Shown here: positions 27,219 to 37,622 of the stretch, in pieces
Numbering within the stretch: the first letter of the stretch is position 1
Layout: each line of letters begins with the position of its first letter
From: Gammaproteobacteria bacterium
GTDB lineage: Bacteria; Pseudomonadota; Gammaproteobacteria; Magnimaribacterales; TMED112
Reading direction: 5' to 3'
Assembly: GCA_045563435.1 (NCBI GenBank)
Contig: JBJLJD010000008.1
Span: 46,241-110,240, forward strand
Length of the DNA stretch: 64,000 nt
The notes under the pieces: model-generated
Database searches by the model: none
Seen by the model: the letters and a program-made list of their open reading frames with translations, nothing else
Told to the model about the DNA's origin: nothing
Made by a program: the position numbers and the translations under genes

Positions 27219-30200
27219 CTAGTATCTTACGAAGAATTGTAAGTTAGTTGCTGTAGGTCTAAGCTGATAATAATTTATCACCCCACCATTAAGCTGTGAA
27301 CTTACGTTTCCTCCGATAATAAGATCTTCATCAAGCAAGTTGTAAACTTTTAGGTTAAATCCAAATCTATCTGAAGAGTGGACATACCTTAATGAAAGGT
27401 TTGAGAATTGATATGAAGGTAACTCCATCTCATTAAATTCTGTTACAAATCTTTCACCTACAAACATATGCTCAAATCTTAAAGTCATTGTACCTGCAGC
27501 ATTATTCATTAAGTCTTGTTCAAGACCAAACTTATAAGCTAGTTCTGGTACATATTGAACCTTATTACCACTTAAGTCTTGGTTAACACCAGCGTTTGGA
27601 CATGTCAGTGCAAACACTGTATTACAGTATGATCCAAATTGTGAAAATACCGGTCCAACATCTGTCATGCCGTAAGTAGTAATTGCATATATTGCACCAG
27701 CATTAGCACCAAAAGCTTGCGCTAAAGCTGCATGATTTAAGTTAAGGTAGTTTTGACCTACACCAGGAATACCAGCTGCTGCAAAAGCTGCATTATTGAA
27801 ACTCTGAATTAATGTTCCATCAGCTCCAAGTGGAAGAAGTTGTGTTGCACCAAATGGGTTTCTTGGGTTTACACCGTCTGCATTTGTATAAACGTGGTCA
27901 TTACCAGAGATGCTTGCATCAAGCCTTGTACTTTCACTTAAGAAAGCAAAAGCCTCAACTTCAAAACCAGTGTTTTCTGTGTCACCGTTATATGTAGTTG
28001 TAGCAAGTCCAGCAAGTCTCTGCAATTGGTTTCCATTAATAGTATTTTGATAAGCATTTACATTTAATATCAATGCACCGCCAAAATAGCTTCCTTTAGT
28101 ACCAATTTCAAAAATATCATGCTCTTCTGCATCAACTAAAATGTCATCTCTTTGAACAGCACTTTGTGTATCAACCGCAGGCTCATAACCACCAGGTTTT
28201 GTACCTCTGTTGAATCCAAAGTAAAGCAAAGTATCTTCATCGATTTGATAATCAAATATAACCCTACCAGTTACTGTTTCAAAGTTAGCTCTATTTTGAG
28301 GTAAGGATGCATTAGCTTCAGCCTCTGTTGCATAGTGAACGCTTTGGAATTGGTTAATATCTAAAACACCACTTCTTGCTAAGCTGTCTTTTCTTGTGTC
28401 CATCCATCTAACACCAAGTCTTACTTGCCATTTATCTGAAAGGTCATAATCCATTTCCGCAAAAATAGCTTCTTCAACATTCTTTGCTTCTTGATCACTA
28501 GCAAATTTATTTTGCCATTCACTGAAAGCAGGTTTGAATGTTGCAAGACCTGAAGCTTCTAAAAACTGTACTGTACCAGCGGCTTGAGCCATAGTACCTT
28601 GCACAGCTGCTCCTCTTAAAGCAGGGTTGCTAAAGTTTGATAAAACAAGCTGACCTGTTGCTGCTGCTTGAGCTTGCGCTAGGGTTAAACCAGATGCCAC
28701 TAATCCTGGCACTGCTGCTGCTATTGCTGCAAGTGATGCAGGGTCAGATAAAACAAAATTTGTTGCTGCTGTTTGCAGGTTTGAATAAATATTTGCATTA
28801 TAAACTCCTGTGAATGCAGCCCAGAATGTAAGTCCACCTTTATTTGCTAAGGCAGGGAACATTTGGCCAACAGGCCCAGCTCCAGCATTACCAAAGTATT
28901 CTAAACCTGGACTTTCAAGCTCATAAATAGTTGTTGATTTATAAACTCTTGAATAAAGTCCAGCAACGTAATTAAGTGGACCATCACTATCGGATAATAC
29001 TCTTAATTCTAGTTCTTGGTTTTTATTGTCAGAATATGATCTATCAACAACCATATCTCTTGTATATTGACCGCTATATTTACCTTGATAGAGATCAGCA
29101 TTTATAACTGCTCCCATATGGTAAGGTTGATCCATTTGAGCTTCGTTTAAAAGTCCATAGGAATCATATTCATGTTCATAATATGCATAGTTCAATACAA
29201 AATCGTGTCCAAGCATGTTTTGTTCAAGATTTAAACTGAATAAGTTAGAGTCAATTTCTTTATGGGGTGTTAAAGGGTGACTAACTTTATAAGCATCAAC
29301 TGGTACTTGTGCGTTTTCATAAACATTAATTAATGGATCAGAAATTAATCCGTTTCCTGGGTATATACCTGTTAATAAATCAATACTTGTAAAATATGAA
29401 GTAGTTGTATCAACCAATCCTCCTGGATCTGGAAAACCACCAGTTAATGTATGCTGGCAACCAAAAATAACTACACCATCACAGGCAGTTTTCATTAGCC
29501 TTCCACTCTTATCATCTCTTGATTGATGGAAAGCTGTAAACCTTAAAGTTGCTCCGTTATCAAAGTCATACTCAGTAACCATTCTGGCTCCTAAATAGTC
29601 TTTATCATCAATTTTTTCTCCGGTTTGTAAGTTCATTACAAAACCATCTCTATTAGTTTTTCTTATTGCAAATCTTGTTGCAGCTTTATCAGAAAAACGA
29701 ACAGTGTGACCTAAAGTGAACTTCGATAGCTCATGATCTCCTATTTCAAAATCAAAATAGTTATGTTTTGCTGAAGTAGGAGTTGCAGATGAAATAATTA
29801 TTGAACCTGCGGGGTTACTACCACCAAATAGTGTTCCTTGAGGCCCACGAAGTACTTCGAGAGCTTGAACATCAAACATCTCTCCGTCAGCAAACCAAGC
29901 TGCGGTTACATTAGAACCATCCATTCTGTAAGAAACATTACCTGAGAATGATGCTCCTGCACCACCTATATTTGGTACACCTCTAATAGATACTGCTGCT
30001 CCTGTAAAGACACCTTGAGTAAAGTATAGCCCTGGTGCTTGGAATTGAGCATCTTCGAGGTCTCTTATACCTCTTTCATCAATATCATCACCAGTTAAAA
30101 CTGTAACAGCAACCGATGCATCCTGTACTGTCTCTTCTTTTAAAAGAGCAGTCGTAACAACATTTTCAATTGAATTCTCATCAAAGCCTTCTTCAGCTTC

Positions 30201-30260
30201 TTGAGAAAACACGAACGAGCTTGTGACAAGCACAAGTAATAATAAAAAGATCTTTTTCAT
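27219..30260 (-). CDS. TonB-dependent receptor (large, substrate unknown)
   Basis: Signal peptide 'MKKIFLLLLVLVTSSFVFSQ', TonB-box-like 'ENVVTTA', plug domain ('VLRGPQGTLFGGSNPAG'), long beta-barrel ending in an aromatic residue '...LQFFVRY'. I prefer the ATG at 30260, which is preceded by GGGGAGAG, to the ATG at 30272. Confidence 0.9.
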   Translation of the reverse strand: MKKIFLLLLVLVTSSFVFSQEAEEGFDENSIENVVTTALLKEETVQDASVAVTVLTGDDIDERGIRDLEDAQFQAPGLYFTQGVFTGAAVSIRGVPNIGGAGASFSGNVSYRMDGSNVTAAWFADGEMFDVQALEVLRGPQGTLFGGSNPAGSIIISSATPTSAKHNYFDFEIGDHELSKFTLGHTVRFSDKAATRFAIRKTNRDGFVMNLQTGEKIDDKDYLGARMVTEYDFDNGATLRFTAFHQSRDDKSGRLMKTACDGVVIFGCQHTLTGGFPDPGGLVDTTTSYFTSIDLLTGIYPGNGLISDPLINVYENAQVPVDAYKVSHPLTPHKEIDSNLFSLNLEQNMLGHDFVLNYAYYEHEYDSYGLLNEAQMDQPYHMGAVINADLYQGKYSGQYTRDMVVDRSYSDNKNQELELRVLSDSDGPLNYVAGLYSRVYKSTTIYELESPGLEYFGNAGAGPVGQMFPALANKGGLTFWAAFTGVYNANIYSNLQTAATNFVLSDPASLAAIAAAVPGLVASGLTLAQAQAAATGQLVLSNFSNPALRGAAVQGTMAQAAGTVQFLEASGLATFKPAFSEWQNKFASDQEAKNVEEAIFAEMDYDLSDKWQVRLGVRWMDTRKDSLARSGVLDINQFQSVHYATEAEANASLPQNRANFETVTGRVIFDYQIDEDTLLYFGFNRGTKPGGYEPAVDTQSAVQRDDILVDAEEHDIFEIGTKGSYFGGALILNVNAYQNTINGNQLQRLAGLATTTYNGDTENTGFEVEAFAFLSESTRLDASISGNDHVYTNADGVNPRNPFGATQLLPLGADGTLIQSFNNAAFAAAGIPGVGQNYLNLNHAALAQAFGANAGAIYAITTYGMTDVGPVFSQFGSYCNTVFALTCPNAGVNQDLSGNKVQYVPELAYKFGLEQDLMNNAAGTMTLRFEHMFVGERFVTEFNEMELPSYQFSNLSLRYVHSSDRFGFNLKVYNLLDEDLIIGGNVSSQLNGGVINYYQLRPTATNLQFFVRY

Positions 30261-30336
30261 GTCTCTCCCCATAATTTAAGACAATATATAATGCTTATAA
30301 TATACCAAATATATTAGTTAGCAAACTTTTGATACA

Positions 30337-30990
30337 TTGAAAAAAAGCGAACGTGCAAGGAATATTTCGAAGATACTAGACAGAGTTTTTTCGACTCCTC
30401 CAGTCCCACTTGATCACTCTGATCCTTATACACTATTAATTGCAGTATTGCTCTCTGCTCAATGTACTGATGAGAGAGTAAATAAAATTACCCCCAAACT
30501 TTTTAAAGTTGCTAAAAGCCCCTTAAAAATGAGTAAATTAACTAAAAATCAAATTTATAAAATCATTAAACCATGTGGCCTTGGTCCACAAAAATCTAAA
30601 GCTATAAAGGAATTATCATCAATTTTAGTTAAAAATTTTGGTGGTAAAGTGCCAGATGACATATCAGATTTAGAAAAATTACCAGGGGTTGGACATAAAA
30701 CAGCGTCTGTAGTTGTTTCCCAAGCATTTAATATTCCTGCTTTTCCTGTTGATACTCACATTCATAGATGTGCACAAAGGTGGGGTTTGAGTAGTGGAAA
30801 AAATGTTAAAACAACAGAAAGTGATCTAAAAAATATTTTTCCTATTGAGGAATGGAATAAACTTCATATACAAATTATTATGTACGCTAGAGCATATTGT
30901 CCTGCTAGAGGATGTTATGGTCTAGAATGTGAGATATGCAAAACTTGCTATCCAAAGAGAAAATCAAAGTTTAAACATAAAAAACCATGA
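30337..30990 (+). CDS. nth: endonuclease III (DNA-(apurinic/apyrimidinic site) lyase)
   Basis: TTG start. '[19 protein letters not shown]', HhH-GPD '[12 protein letters not shown]', 'VDTHIHR', C-terminal Cys cluster. Confidence 0.9.
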   Translation: MKKSERARNISKILDRVFSTPPVPLDHSDPYTLLIAVLLSAQCTDERVNKITPKLFKVAKSPLKMSKLTKNQIYKIIKPCGLGPQKSKAIKELSSILVKNFGGKVPDDISDLEKLPGVGHKTASVVVSQAFNIPAFPVDTHIHRCAQRWGLSSGKNVKTTESDLKNIFPIEEWNKLHIQIIMYARAYCPARGCYGLECEICKTCYPKRKSKFKHKKP

Positions 30991-32252
30991 ATGAATTTAA
31001 ATTAACACAAAATCAAAACATAGAAGAATACGACCCTGATTTGGCGGATTTCATGGGACTTGAGTTATCCCGCCAAGAAGAACATATTGAATTGATTGCC
31101 TCGGAGAACTATGCATCAAAGAGAGTTCTGGAAGCACAAGGCAGTGTGCTAACAAATAAATACGCTGAGGGTTACCCAAATAAGAGATATTACGGCGGAT
31201 GCGAACATGTAGATGGTGTAGAAAACATTGCCATCGAAAGAGCAAAAAAATTATTTGGTGCAAAATTTGCTAATGTCCAACCTCACTCAGGAGCTTCAGC
31301 TAATGCTGCAGTTTTTCTAGCATTATTGGAACCTGGCGATACTATTTTAGGTATGGCTCTCGATCAAGGAGGTCACTTAACTCATGGCGCAAAAGTAAAT
31401 TTTTCTGGAAGAAATTTTAATGCAATACAGTATGGTTTAAAAAAGGATACTGGAACAATTGATTATGAAGAAGTTGAGAAACTTGCTGATGAACACAAAC
31501 CAAAACTTATAATTGCTGGTTTTTCAGCTTATATGGGTATAGTTGACTGGAAGCGTTTTAGGGAAATTGCAGATAGAAATAACTCTTTTCTTCTAGTTGA
31601 TATGGCCCATGTTTCAGGTCTTGTAGCTGGTGGTGTTTACCCAAGTCCTGTTGAATATGCGCACGTAGTTACTAGCACAACACACAAATCCTTGAGAGGC
31701 CCTAGGTCGGGAATAATTCTCTCTAACGAAGACGAAGAATTTCAGAAAAAATTAAACTTTGGAGTTTTTCCAGGCTCTCAAGGAGGTCCACTCATGCATG
31801 TTATTGCCGCAAAAGCTGTGTGTTTTAAAGAAGCCATGACAGACGACTTTGTAAATTACCAAAAACAAATAATAAAAAATGCGAAATCAATGTGTGAAGA
31901 TTTTCAGAAATTAGGATTCGAAACTATACAACCTCAAACTGATAATCATTTGCTTCTACTGGATCTAAGAAATAAAAATATTTCTGGAAAAGATGCAGAA
32001 GAATTACTTGGTAAGGTGAATATTACTTTGAATAAGAACTCAATACCCAACGATCCTGAATCACCATTTGTAACTTCTGGAGTAAGAATTGGTACAGCAG
32101 CAGTAACTACTAGAGGCTTTAAGGAAGAGGAATGTTCAGAAATTGTTAAGCTAATTTCAGAGGCTATAGAAAATAAAAATAAACCTGAAATTCTTCAAGA
32201 AGTGAAAAAGAAAGCTGCAGATCTTTGCTCAAAATTTCCGGTCTATAAATAA
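30987..32252 (+). CDS. glyA: serine hydroxymethyltransferase
   Basis: 421 aa. 'LIASENYAS', PLP-Lys '[14 protein letters not shown]'. Confidence 0.96.
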   Translation: MNEFKLTQNQNIEEYDPDLADFMGLELSRQEEHIELIASENYASKRVLEAQGSVLTNKYAEGYPNKRYYGGCEHVDGVENIAIERAKKLFGAKFANVQPHSGASANAAVFLALLEPGDTILGMALDQGGHLTHGAKVNFSGRNFNAIQYGLKKDTGTIDYEEVEKLADEHKPKLIIAGFSAYMGIVDWKRFREIADRNNSFLLVDMAHVSGLVAGGVYPSPVEYAHVVTSTTHKSLRGPRSGIILSNEDEEFQKKLNFGVFPGSQGGPLMHVIAAKAVCFKEAMTDDFVNYQKQIIKNAKSMCEDFQKLGFETIQPQTDNHLLLLDLRNKNISGKDAEELLGKVNITLNKNSIPNDPESPFVTSGVRIGTAAVTTRGFKEEECSEIVKLISEAIENKNKPEILQEVKKKAADLCSKFPVYK

Positions 32253-32704
32253 TGTTTTGTCCCTTTTGTGGTAATGAAGAAACAAAAGTTATTGATTCAA
32301 GGCTTGTAGCTGAAGGATCCCAAATTAAAAGAAGAAGAGAATGTACCCACTGCGGAGAAAGGTTTTCTACTTATGAAGAGGCTGATCTTGTAATGCCAAG
32401 AATTATAAAATCAAACGGAATTAGAGAGCCTTTCGATGAAGAAAAATTAAGAGCAGGATTTCGTAAAGCCCTTGAGAAAAGACCTGTAGAGTCAGATAAA
32501 ATAGAATTTTCTATTCAGTCTATAAAAGATGCAATAAGAAAGGTGGGCGAGCGTGAAATTCCATCTCAATCGATAGGGAAGCATGTAATGAACCATTTGA
32601 AGGAATTAGATCAAGTAGCGTATGTCAGGTATGCATCTGTGTACCAAAATTTTCAAGACATTGAAGACTTTGTTGACGAAGTTTCAGAACTTTCAAAAAA
32701 ATAA
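32252..32704 (+). CDS. nrdR: transcriptional repressor NrdR
   Basis: Zinc ribbon 'CPFCG...[12 protein letters not shown]' plus ATP-cone. 1-nt overlaps on both sides. Confidence 0.94.
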   Translation: MFCPFCGNEETKVIDSRLVAEGSQIKRRRECTHCGERFSTYEEADLVMPRIIKSNGIREPFDEEKLRAGFRKALEKRPVESDKIEFSIQSIKDAIRKVGEREIPSQSIGKHVMNHLKELDQVAYVRYASVYQNFQDIEDFVDEVSELSKK

Positions 32705-33699
32705 TGGATGTAGATAAATTAATGGCAGAAGCTGTAAAGCTTTCTGTTGAACACAAACATACAACAAAACCCAATCCAGTCGTTGGAGCTCTGCTCTACT
32801 CAAACGGACAAATTGTGTCAACAGGAGCGCATGAGTATTTTGGAGGTCCCCATGCAGAGGTAAATTGTATAGACAAAGTTGATGCAGAAATTAAAAAGGA
32901 GGACCTAACTCTTTTTTGTACTTTGGAACCTTGTAACCACACTGGTAAAACACCTCCATGCACAGAAAAGATTATTAGTTCAGGAATTAAAAAAATTGTT
33001 ATTGGAGTAGTTGATCCTAATCCTTTAGTTTCGGGTCAAGGAATAAGGAAGCTGAAAGAAGCAGGTATAGATGTAACGGTAGGTGTTTTAGAGGAAGAAA
33101 TTAAGTCTTCAAACGAGTTTTATTTTTTTAAACATGAGAATAAAAGGCCTTTTGTAACCATAAAAATTGCTCAAACTATCGATAACTACGCTGCAGATAA
33201 TAATGGTAAGCCAATCAAAATTACATCGGAAAAATCAAATCATGACGTGCAAAATATTAGAGCTTTGCATGATGTGATAGTAACCGGCGGAAATACGCTT
33301 AGAAACGACAACCCAACAATGAATGCTCGGGTAAACTTTGTTGCAAATCAGCCCAAAAGAATTCTTTTAAGTTCAAAAGCAAAGGCTGATTCCAAACTCA
33401 ATTTTTTTAAAGATAATCATTTTCAAATTTTTGATGATGTTGATCTGAAAAAGGTTGTGCAAATTATTTACGAACAAAATTTTAACTCGATATTAGTTGA
33501 AGCTGGACCAAAATTAGTTGAGTCGTTTTTAAAAGATGGTTTATGTGATCGTTTAATTTCATACCAGTCACCAGAACCTCTTGGCAATGAAGGTATCAGC
33601 TGGTCAGCTGTTTTAAATTTTATTGAGAAAAATGGTTTTAATCTTACATCTTCCTATACAATTGACCGAGATATTAAACGAGTTTTTATTAATGATTAA
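32704..33699 (+). CDS. ribD: bifunctional diaminohydroxyphosphoribosylaminopyrimidine deaminase / 5-amino-6-(5-phosphoribosylamino)uracil reductase
   Basis: Deaminase Zn motifs 'HAEVNC' and 'TLEPCNHTGKTPPC', followed by a reductase domain. Confidence 0.9.
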   Translation: MDVDKLMAEAVKLSVEHKHTTKPNPVVGALLYSNGQIVSTGAHEYFGGPHAEVNCIDKVDAEIKKEDLTLFCTLEPCNHTGKTPPCTEKIISSGIKKIVIGVVDPNPLVSGQGIRKLKEAGIDVTVGVLEEEIKSSNEFYFFKHENKRPFVTIKIAQTIDNYAADNNGKPIKITSEKSNHDVQNIRALHDVIVTGGNTLRNDNPTMNARVNFVANQPKRILLSSKAKADSKLNFFKDNHFQIFDDVDLKKVVQIIYEQNFNSILVEAGPKLVESFLKDGLCDRLISYQSPEPLGNEGISWSAVLNFIEKNGFNLTSSYTIDRDIKRVFIND

Positions 33700-34771
33700 A
33701 AATACAACACAAGAAATTATAGATGATCTTAAAAATGGTCAAATGGTAATTATTCTGGATGATGAGGATCGAGAAAATGAAGGAGATCTTATTTGTGCTG
33801 CTGAGCATGTAACACCAGAAATTATTAACTTTATGGCTAAACATGGAAGAGGATTAATTTGTTTAGCTCTTAATGAGGATAAATGTAAAGATTTAGATTT
33901 AAGACCAATGACACAAAATAATATGACGACAAACAAAACAGCATTCACTGTTTCAATTGAAGCTAAAGAAGGAATTACAACTGGTATTTCTGCAAAAGAT
34001 CGGGCACATACAATCCTCACAGCTGTAAAGGAAAATTCATCAAAGAATGATATTGTCCAACCTGGTCATGTTTTTCCACTTCAAGCAATGAAAGGGGGAG
34101 TATTAGCAAGAGCTGGACATACAGAAGCAGCTTGCGATCTGGCAAGTCTTGCAGGCCTGAATGGTTCAGGTGTTATATGTGAGATTATGAATGATGATGG
34201 AACCATGGCTAGAAGAGATGATCTAATAAAGTTCGGGAAAGAATTTGGCTTAAAAGTTGGAACAATAGCAGATTTAATTGATTATAGATTAAGTAAAGAA
34301 TCAACAGTTGAAATGATTACGGAAAAAGAAGTTGAAACTGAGTTTGGACTGTTTGACCTGAAGGTTTGGAGAGATGTTATTTTTGACGAATATCATTTCT
34401 CTTTGAGTAAAGGACAATTAGATAAGGCAGAGCTTCCCCTTGTGAGAGTCCAAACACAAAGTGTTTTACAAGATACATTAGGAATTAATGAAATTGGGAA
34501 AAAATGGTCCATAAGAAAATCTTTAGAGAGACTATCTAAAGAAGACTGTGGAGTATTTGTTTTAATAAATCATAGAGATGCTAAATCATATTGGTTGCCC
34601 TTGCTAAAAGATGAGGTTGTAGAACCAAAAAGAAATAGAAGAGTAATTGGAGTTGGATCACAAATTCTTAGATCGCTGGGTTTAAATAAAATTAAAGTCT
34701 TAGGAACAACTACGAGATATAGTGGACTCTCAGGATTTAATATAGAAATTGAGGAGTTTGTGAATGAATAA
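33692..34771 (+). CDS. ribB: 3,4-dihydroxy-2-butanone-4-phosphate synthase fused to a degenerate GTP-cyclohydrolase-II-like domain
   Basis: 'DDEDRENEGDLI' and 'RAGHTEAACDLA' DHBP-synthase motifs. The C-terminal domain lacks the GCH-II Cys/His Zn site: it reads 'VRVQTQSVLQDTLG' where 'VRVHSECLTGD' is expected. The ATG at 33692 overlaps the ribD stop by 8 nt and is preferred to 33623. Confidence 0.88.
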   Translation: MIKNTTQEIIDDLKNGQMVIILDDEDRENEGDLICAAEHVTPEIINFMAKHGRGLICLALNEDKCKDLDLRPMTQNNMTTNKTAFTVSIEAKEGITTGISAKDRAHTILTAVKENSSKNDIVQPGHVFPLQAMKGGVLARAGHTEAACDLASLAGLNGSGVICEIMNDDGTMARRDDLIKFGKEFGLKVGTIADLIDYRLSKESTVEMITEKEVETEFGLFDLKVWRDVIFDEYHFSLSKGQLDKAELPLVRVQTQSVLQDTLGINEIGKKWSIRKSLERLSKEDCGVFVLINHRDAKSYWLPLLKDEVVEPKRNRRVIGVGSQILRSLGLNKIKVLGTTTRYSGLSGFNIEIEEFVNE

Positions 34772-35180
34772 ATTTTTTGTAGTTCATACCTCTTGGTATG
34801 AGGAATATATTAATGATATGAAGGAAATTATTTCTGAAGAGCTAGCAGGTTTAGACGTAAGTTTTTATGAAGTTCCTGGATCCTTAGAACTTGCAGCAAT
34901 GGGAGAAAGAATTTTAAAGGAATATTTTAAGGATACAGGTGTAGAGGGAATTATTTTTTGTGGAGTAGTTATTAGAGGTGAAACTACTCATTATGAACTT
35001 GTTACAACAGAAACTTTCAGAGAAATAGGGAATTTAGCACTTGATCACCCTTCTGTAGCAATAATCAATAACGTAATCTGTGTAGAAAATGAAGAGCAAT
35101 TAAAAATAAGGAACAAAAAAAATACACTCAATAATGTCAAGGCACTCAAGACTCTAGCAAAATCAAAAGATGAACTATGA
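34764..35180 (+). CDS. ribH: 6,7-dimethyl-8-ribityllumazine synthase (divergent, short)
   Basis: 138 aa. 'VPGSLELA' and 'VIRGETTHYELV' match the lumazine synthase core. Position ribBA-ribH-nusB. Confidence 0.8.
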   Translation: MNKFFVVHTSWYEEYINDMKEIISEELAGLDVSFYEVPGSLELAAMGERILKEYFKDTGVEGIIFCGVVIRGETTHYELVTTETFREIGNLALDHPSVAIINNVICVENEEQLKIRNKKNTLNNVKALKTLAKSKDEL

Positions 35181-35593
35181 AAAACCTTGCCAAATATAAG
35201 GATAAGGTCAACGCTAGAGAGCTTTTGATTCAGGCGATGTACGAATTTTCTTTTGGACATAATAAATCTTCTGAAATAGAAAAGTCCTTCTTAAAGGATT
35301 TTACTAAAACCAAAGTAGACTATATTTTTTTTAAAAATGTTTTTTCACATGCAACTAAAAACTTTGAAAAGATTAAATTAGTAATCAATGAAAAATCCGA
35401 GCTAGATTTATTTGGAATCAAAAAAATTGACCTGATGGAAGAGAATTTAATGGTGTTGGCAATTTCAGAACAAGAGACTGAATCTACGCCTAAGAGTATA
35501 TTAATTGATGAATCTGTAAGATTGGCTAAGAAATTTGGGACAGAAAATTCTTATAAATTTGTCAACGCAACTTTAGAAAAAATATTAAACTGA
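35177..35593 (+). CDS. nusB: transcription antitermination factor NusB
   Basis: 138 aa helical protein with 'ARELLIQAMYEF' and 'FVNATLEKI'. Follows ribH. Confidence 0.85.
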   Translation: MKNLAKYKDKVNARELLIQAMYEFSFGHNKSSEIEKSFLKDFTKTKVDYIFFKNVFSHATKNFEKIKLVINEKSELDLFGIKKIDLMEENLMVLAISEQETESTPKSILIDESVRLAKKFGTENSYKFVNATLEKILN

Positions 35594-35597
35594 CACG

Positions 35598-36371
35598 ATG
35601 TTAAATTTTGCTTTTTTAGGTTGTGGTCATATTGCTAAATCTCTAATTCAAGGCTTCCAAAAAAATACAGAAATAAAAATTTTTGGGTATGACATACTGG
35701 AACAAAATAAAGAATGGTTGGGGAACAATAATCATAGCTCATGTTCTCTTGAAGAATGCATTGAAAAAAGTGACATCATTTTTCTGTGTGTGAAACCGCA
35801 AGATCTGAAAACACTTTGTGACGAAATAATGGAATTTAATATAAGTTCTAAAACTTTTGTTAGTGTTGCAGCAGGGGTAAAAATTAGTGAATTAGAGAAT
35901 TTACTACCAAGCTCTAAAATTTTTCGAGCTATGCCAAATGTAGGTGCTAAGGATAATTTAGGAGTAACAGCCATCTACTCTAATCAGGATAATAAAGAGA
36001 TGGTTGAGACATTCAAATTCATTGGTGAGTCTTACGAAGTTGAGAATGAAGACCAGATTGACCTTCATACTGTTTTGATAGGAAGCGGACCAGCTTTTTT
36101 TTATGATCTAATGCAAGAATTTGAAAAAAGACTTGATGAATTATTGACTGATAAAGAGTCTAAGAGGCTTGTTTCAATTGTTTTTTTATCAAGTATTATT
36201 AACGCCATTAAAAATGGAGAAAATCTTGAAGAACTTGTAGAGAGTGTAGCTTCAAAAGGTGGTACTACTGAGGCTGCTCTACAAAAACTTGATGAAAAAG
36301 GTTTTAAAAAAATATTTTCGGAAGCAGTTGATGCGGGTATAAAACGAGCGAAAGAATTATCTGTGAATTAG
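35598..36371 (+). CDS. proC: pyrroline-5-carboxylate reductase
   Basis: 257 aa. 'FLGCGHIAKSLI' Rossmann motif, 'RAMPNVGA', 'SKGGTTEAAL'. Confidence 0.88.
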   Translation: MLNFAFLGCGHIAKSLIQGFQKNTEIKIFGYDILEQNKEWLGNNNHSSCSLEECIEKSDIIFLCVKPQDLKTLCDEIMEFNISSKTFVSVAAGVKISELENLLPSSKIFRAMPNVGAKDNLGVTAIYSNQDNKEMVETFKFIGESYEVENEDQIDLHTVLIGSGPAFFYDLMQEFEKRLDELLTDKESKRLVSIVFLSSIINAIKNGENLEELVESVASKGGTTEAALQKLDEKGFKKIFSEAVDAGIKRAKELSVN

Positions 36372-37619
36372 ATCATTTCTTTGAGGGCCGTTTGAAATAA
36401 GACTTATTTTCACTTTAGTATAATCCTCAATGAATTCAAGAAACTCTCTTGCTTCCTTAGGTAACTCTGAATAATTTTGGCACTTACTGAGAGATTGTTC
36501 CCAGCCCTTAAATATCTTGTATTTTGGTTTAACTTTATGCAGCTGCCTAGATTTATATTGAACAATTTCGTTATCAATTTCATATTCATCACATACTTTT
36601 ATTTCAGAAAATGAATCGAGCACATCAAGTTTTGTGACACATAAACTGGTTAGATTGTTTAGTTTTGCAGAGTACTTCAAAGCTACAAGATCTAGCCACC
36701 CACATCTCCTTGGTCTGCCTGTTGTGGCGCCAAACTCATTTCCTATCTTTGCAATCTTCTCACCATATTCATCATGCAGCTCAGTTGGAAATGGACCCTC
36801 ACCTACTCTTGTTGTGTAGGCTTTAACAATACCCAATACATCAGCATAGATGCTTTTAGGAAATCCAGAGCCCACACCTACTGATGTGGCAAGAGTATTT
36901 GAAGACGTAACATATGGATAAGTACCATAATCTACATCAAGTAAAGTTCCTTGTGCACCTTCATAAAGTATATGGTTTCCTTTTTCATAAATTTCTTCGA
37001 GTGAGTCTGTAACATCTCCAAAAAATTTTGAAGTTTTACTATAGGTCTCTTTGAGATTATCAAATACTTCTTGATAGTTAAATTTTTCAGCTTTGTGAAT
37101 ATTTTCTATTTGAAAATTATAGTAATCCAGAAGGTTTTTCAATTTGTCTACAAGAAGAGAGTCATCTTCAAGATCAAAAGCTTTAATACTTCTTCTGGCT
37201 GTCTTGTCCTCGTATGCTGGTCCAATACCTCTTCTAGTAGTTCCAATTTTATTTTTATTATCCTCTCTTAATTGATCAATCTTTGCATGAACGGGAAGCA
37301 GGAGACTGCAGTAACGACTTATACGTAATTTTCCATCAAGATTTATTCCCTTAGATTCAATTGTCTCAACTTCTTCGAGCAATGAATCTAATGACAAAAT
37401 AACTCCTTGGCCGATAAAGCAAGAAACATGATCGTAGAAAATCCCAGAGGGAATTAAATGCAATACAAATTTTTTCTTATCATTGTAGATAGTGTGCCCA
37501 GCATTATGTCCACCCTGGAATCTACATACTGCAGAAAATTTTTCTGAAAAGTAGTCAACAATTTTTCCTTTTCCTTCATCTCCCCACTGTGTTCCAACAA
37601 GGATTAGGGAATTTTCCAT
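36357..37619 (-). CDS. purA: adenylosuccinate synthetase
   Basis: 'GTQWGDEGKGK', 'GTTRRGIGPAYEDK', 'GATTGRPRRCGW'. Confidence 0.97.
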   Translation of the reverse strand: MENSLILVGTQWGDEGKGKIVDYFSEKFSAVCRFQGGHNAGHTIYNDKKKFVLHLIPSGIFYDHVSCFIGQGVILSLDSLLEEVETIESKGINLDGKLRISRYCSLLLPVHAKIDQLREDNKNKIGTTRRGIGPAYEDKTARRSIKAFDLEDDSLLVDKLKNLLDYYNFQIENIHKAEKFNYQEVFDNLKETYSKTSKFFGDVTDSLEEIYEKGNHILYEGAQGTLLDVDYGTYPYVTSSNTLATSVGVGSGFPKSIYADVLGIVKAYTTRVGEGPFPTELHDEYGEKIAKIGNEFGATTGRPRRCGWLDLVALKYSAKLNNLTSLCVTKLDVLDSFSEIKVCDEYEIDNEIVQYKSRQLHKVKPKYKIFKGWEQSLSKCQNYSELPKEAREFLEFIEDYTKVKISLISNGPQRNDLIHR

Positions 37620-37622
37620 AAA

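Noticed and set aside
30287-30305. Fur-box-like sequence (TATAATGCTTATAATATAC) between the TonB-dependent receptor and nth
   Set aside because: By hand alignment only about 12 of 19 positions match the GATAATGATAATCATTATC consensus. The background is made almost entirely of A and T, so this is not distinguishable from chance.
30273-30336. Possible riboswitch leaders (cobalamin upstream of the TonB receptor, FMN upstream of ribB, TPP near thiL)
   Set aside because: The relevant upstream regions are 64 bp, 0 bp (overlap) and 0 bp (overlap). These are too short to hold the conserved riboswitch aptamers of about 100-200 nt.
30898-30948. Apparently atypical Cys spacing in the endonuclease III [4Fe-4S] loop (C188-x4-C193-x4-C198-x2-C201-x2-C204, versus the E. 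coli C-x6-C-x2-C-x5-C)
   Set aside because: The first-to-last Cys span (16 residues) is identical to E. coli, and three of the four ligand positions align exactly. The difference is a 2-residue shift of one Cys plus one extra Cys. This is probably a normal family variant.
33623-33691. Upstream extension of ribBA (track start at 33623)
   Set aside because: The extension is the ribD 3' end read in another frame. The ATG at 33692 gives the canonical RibB N-terminus ('...IIDDLKNGQMVIILDDEDRENEGD') and an ATGATTAA-type stop/start overlap.
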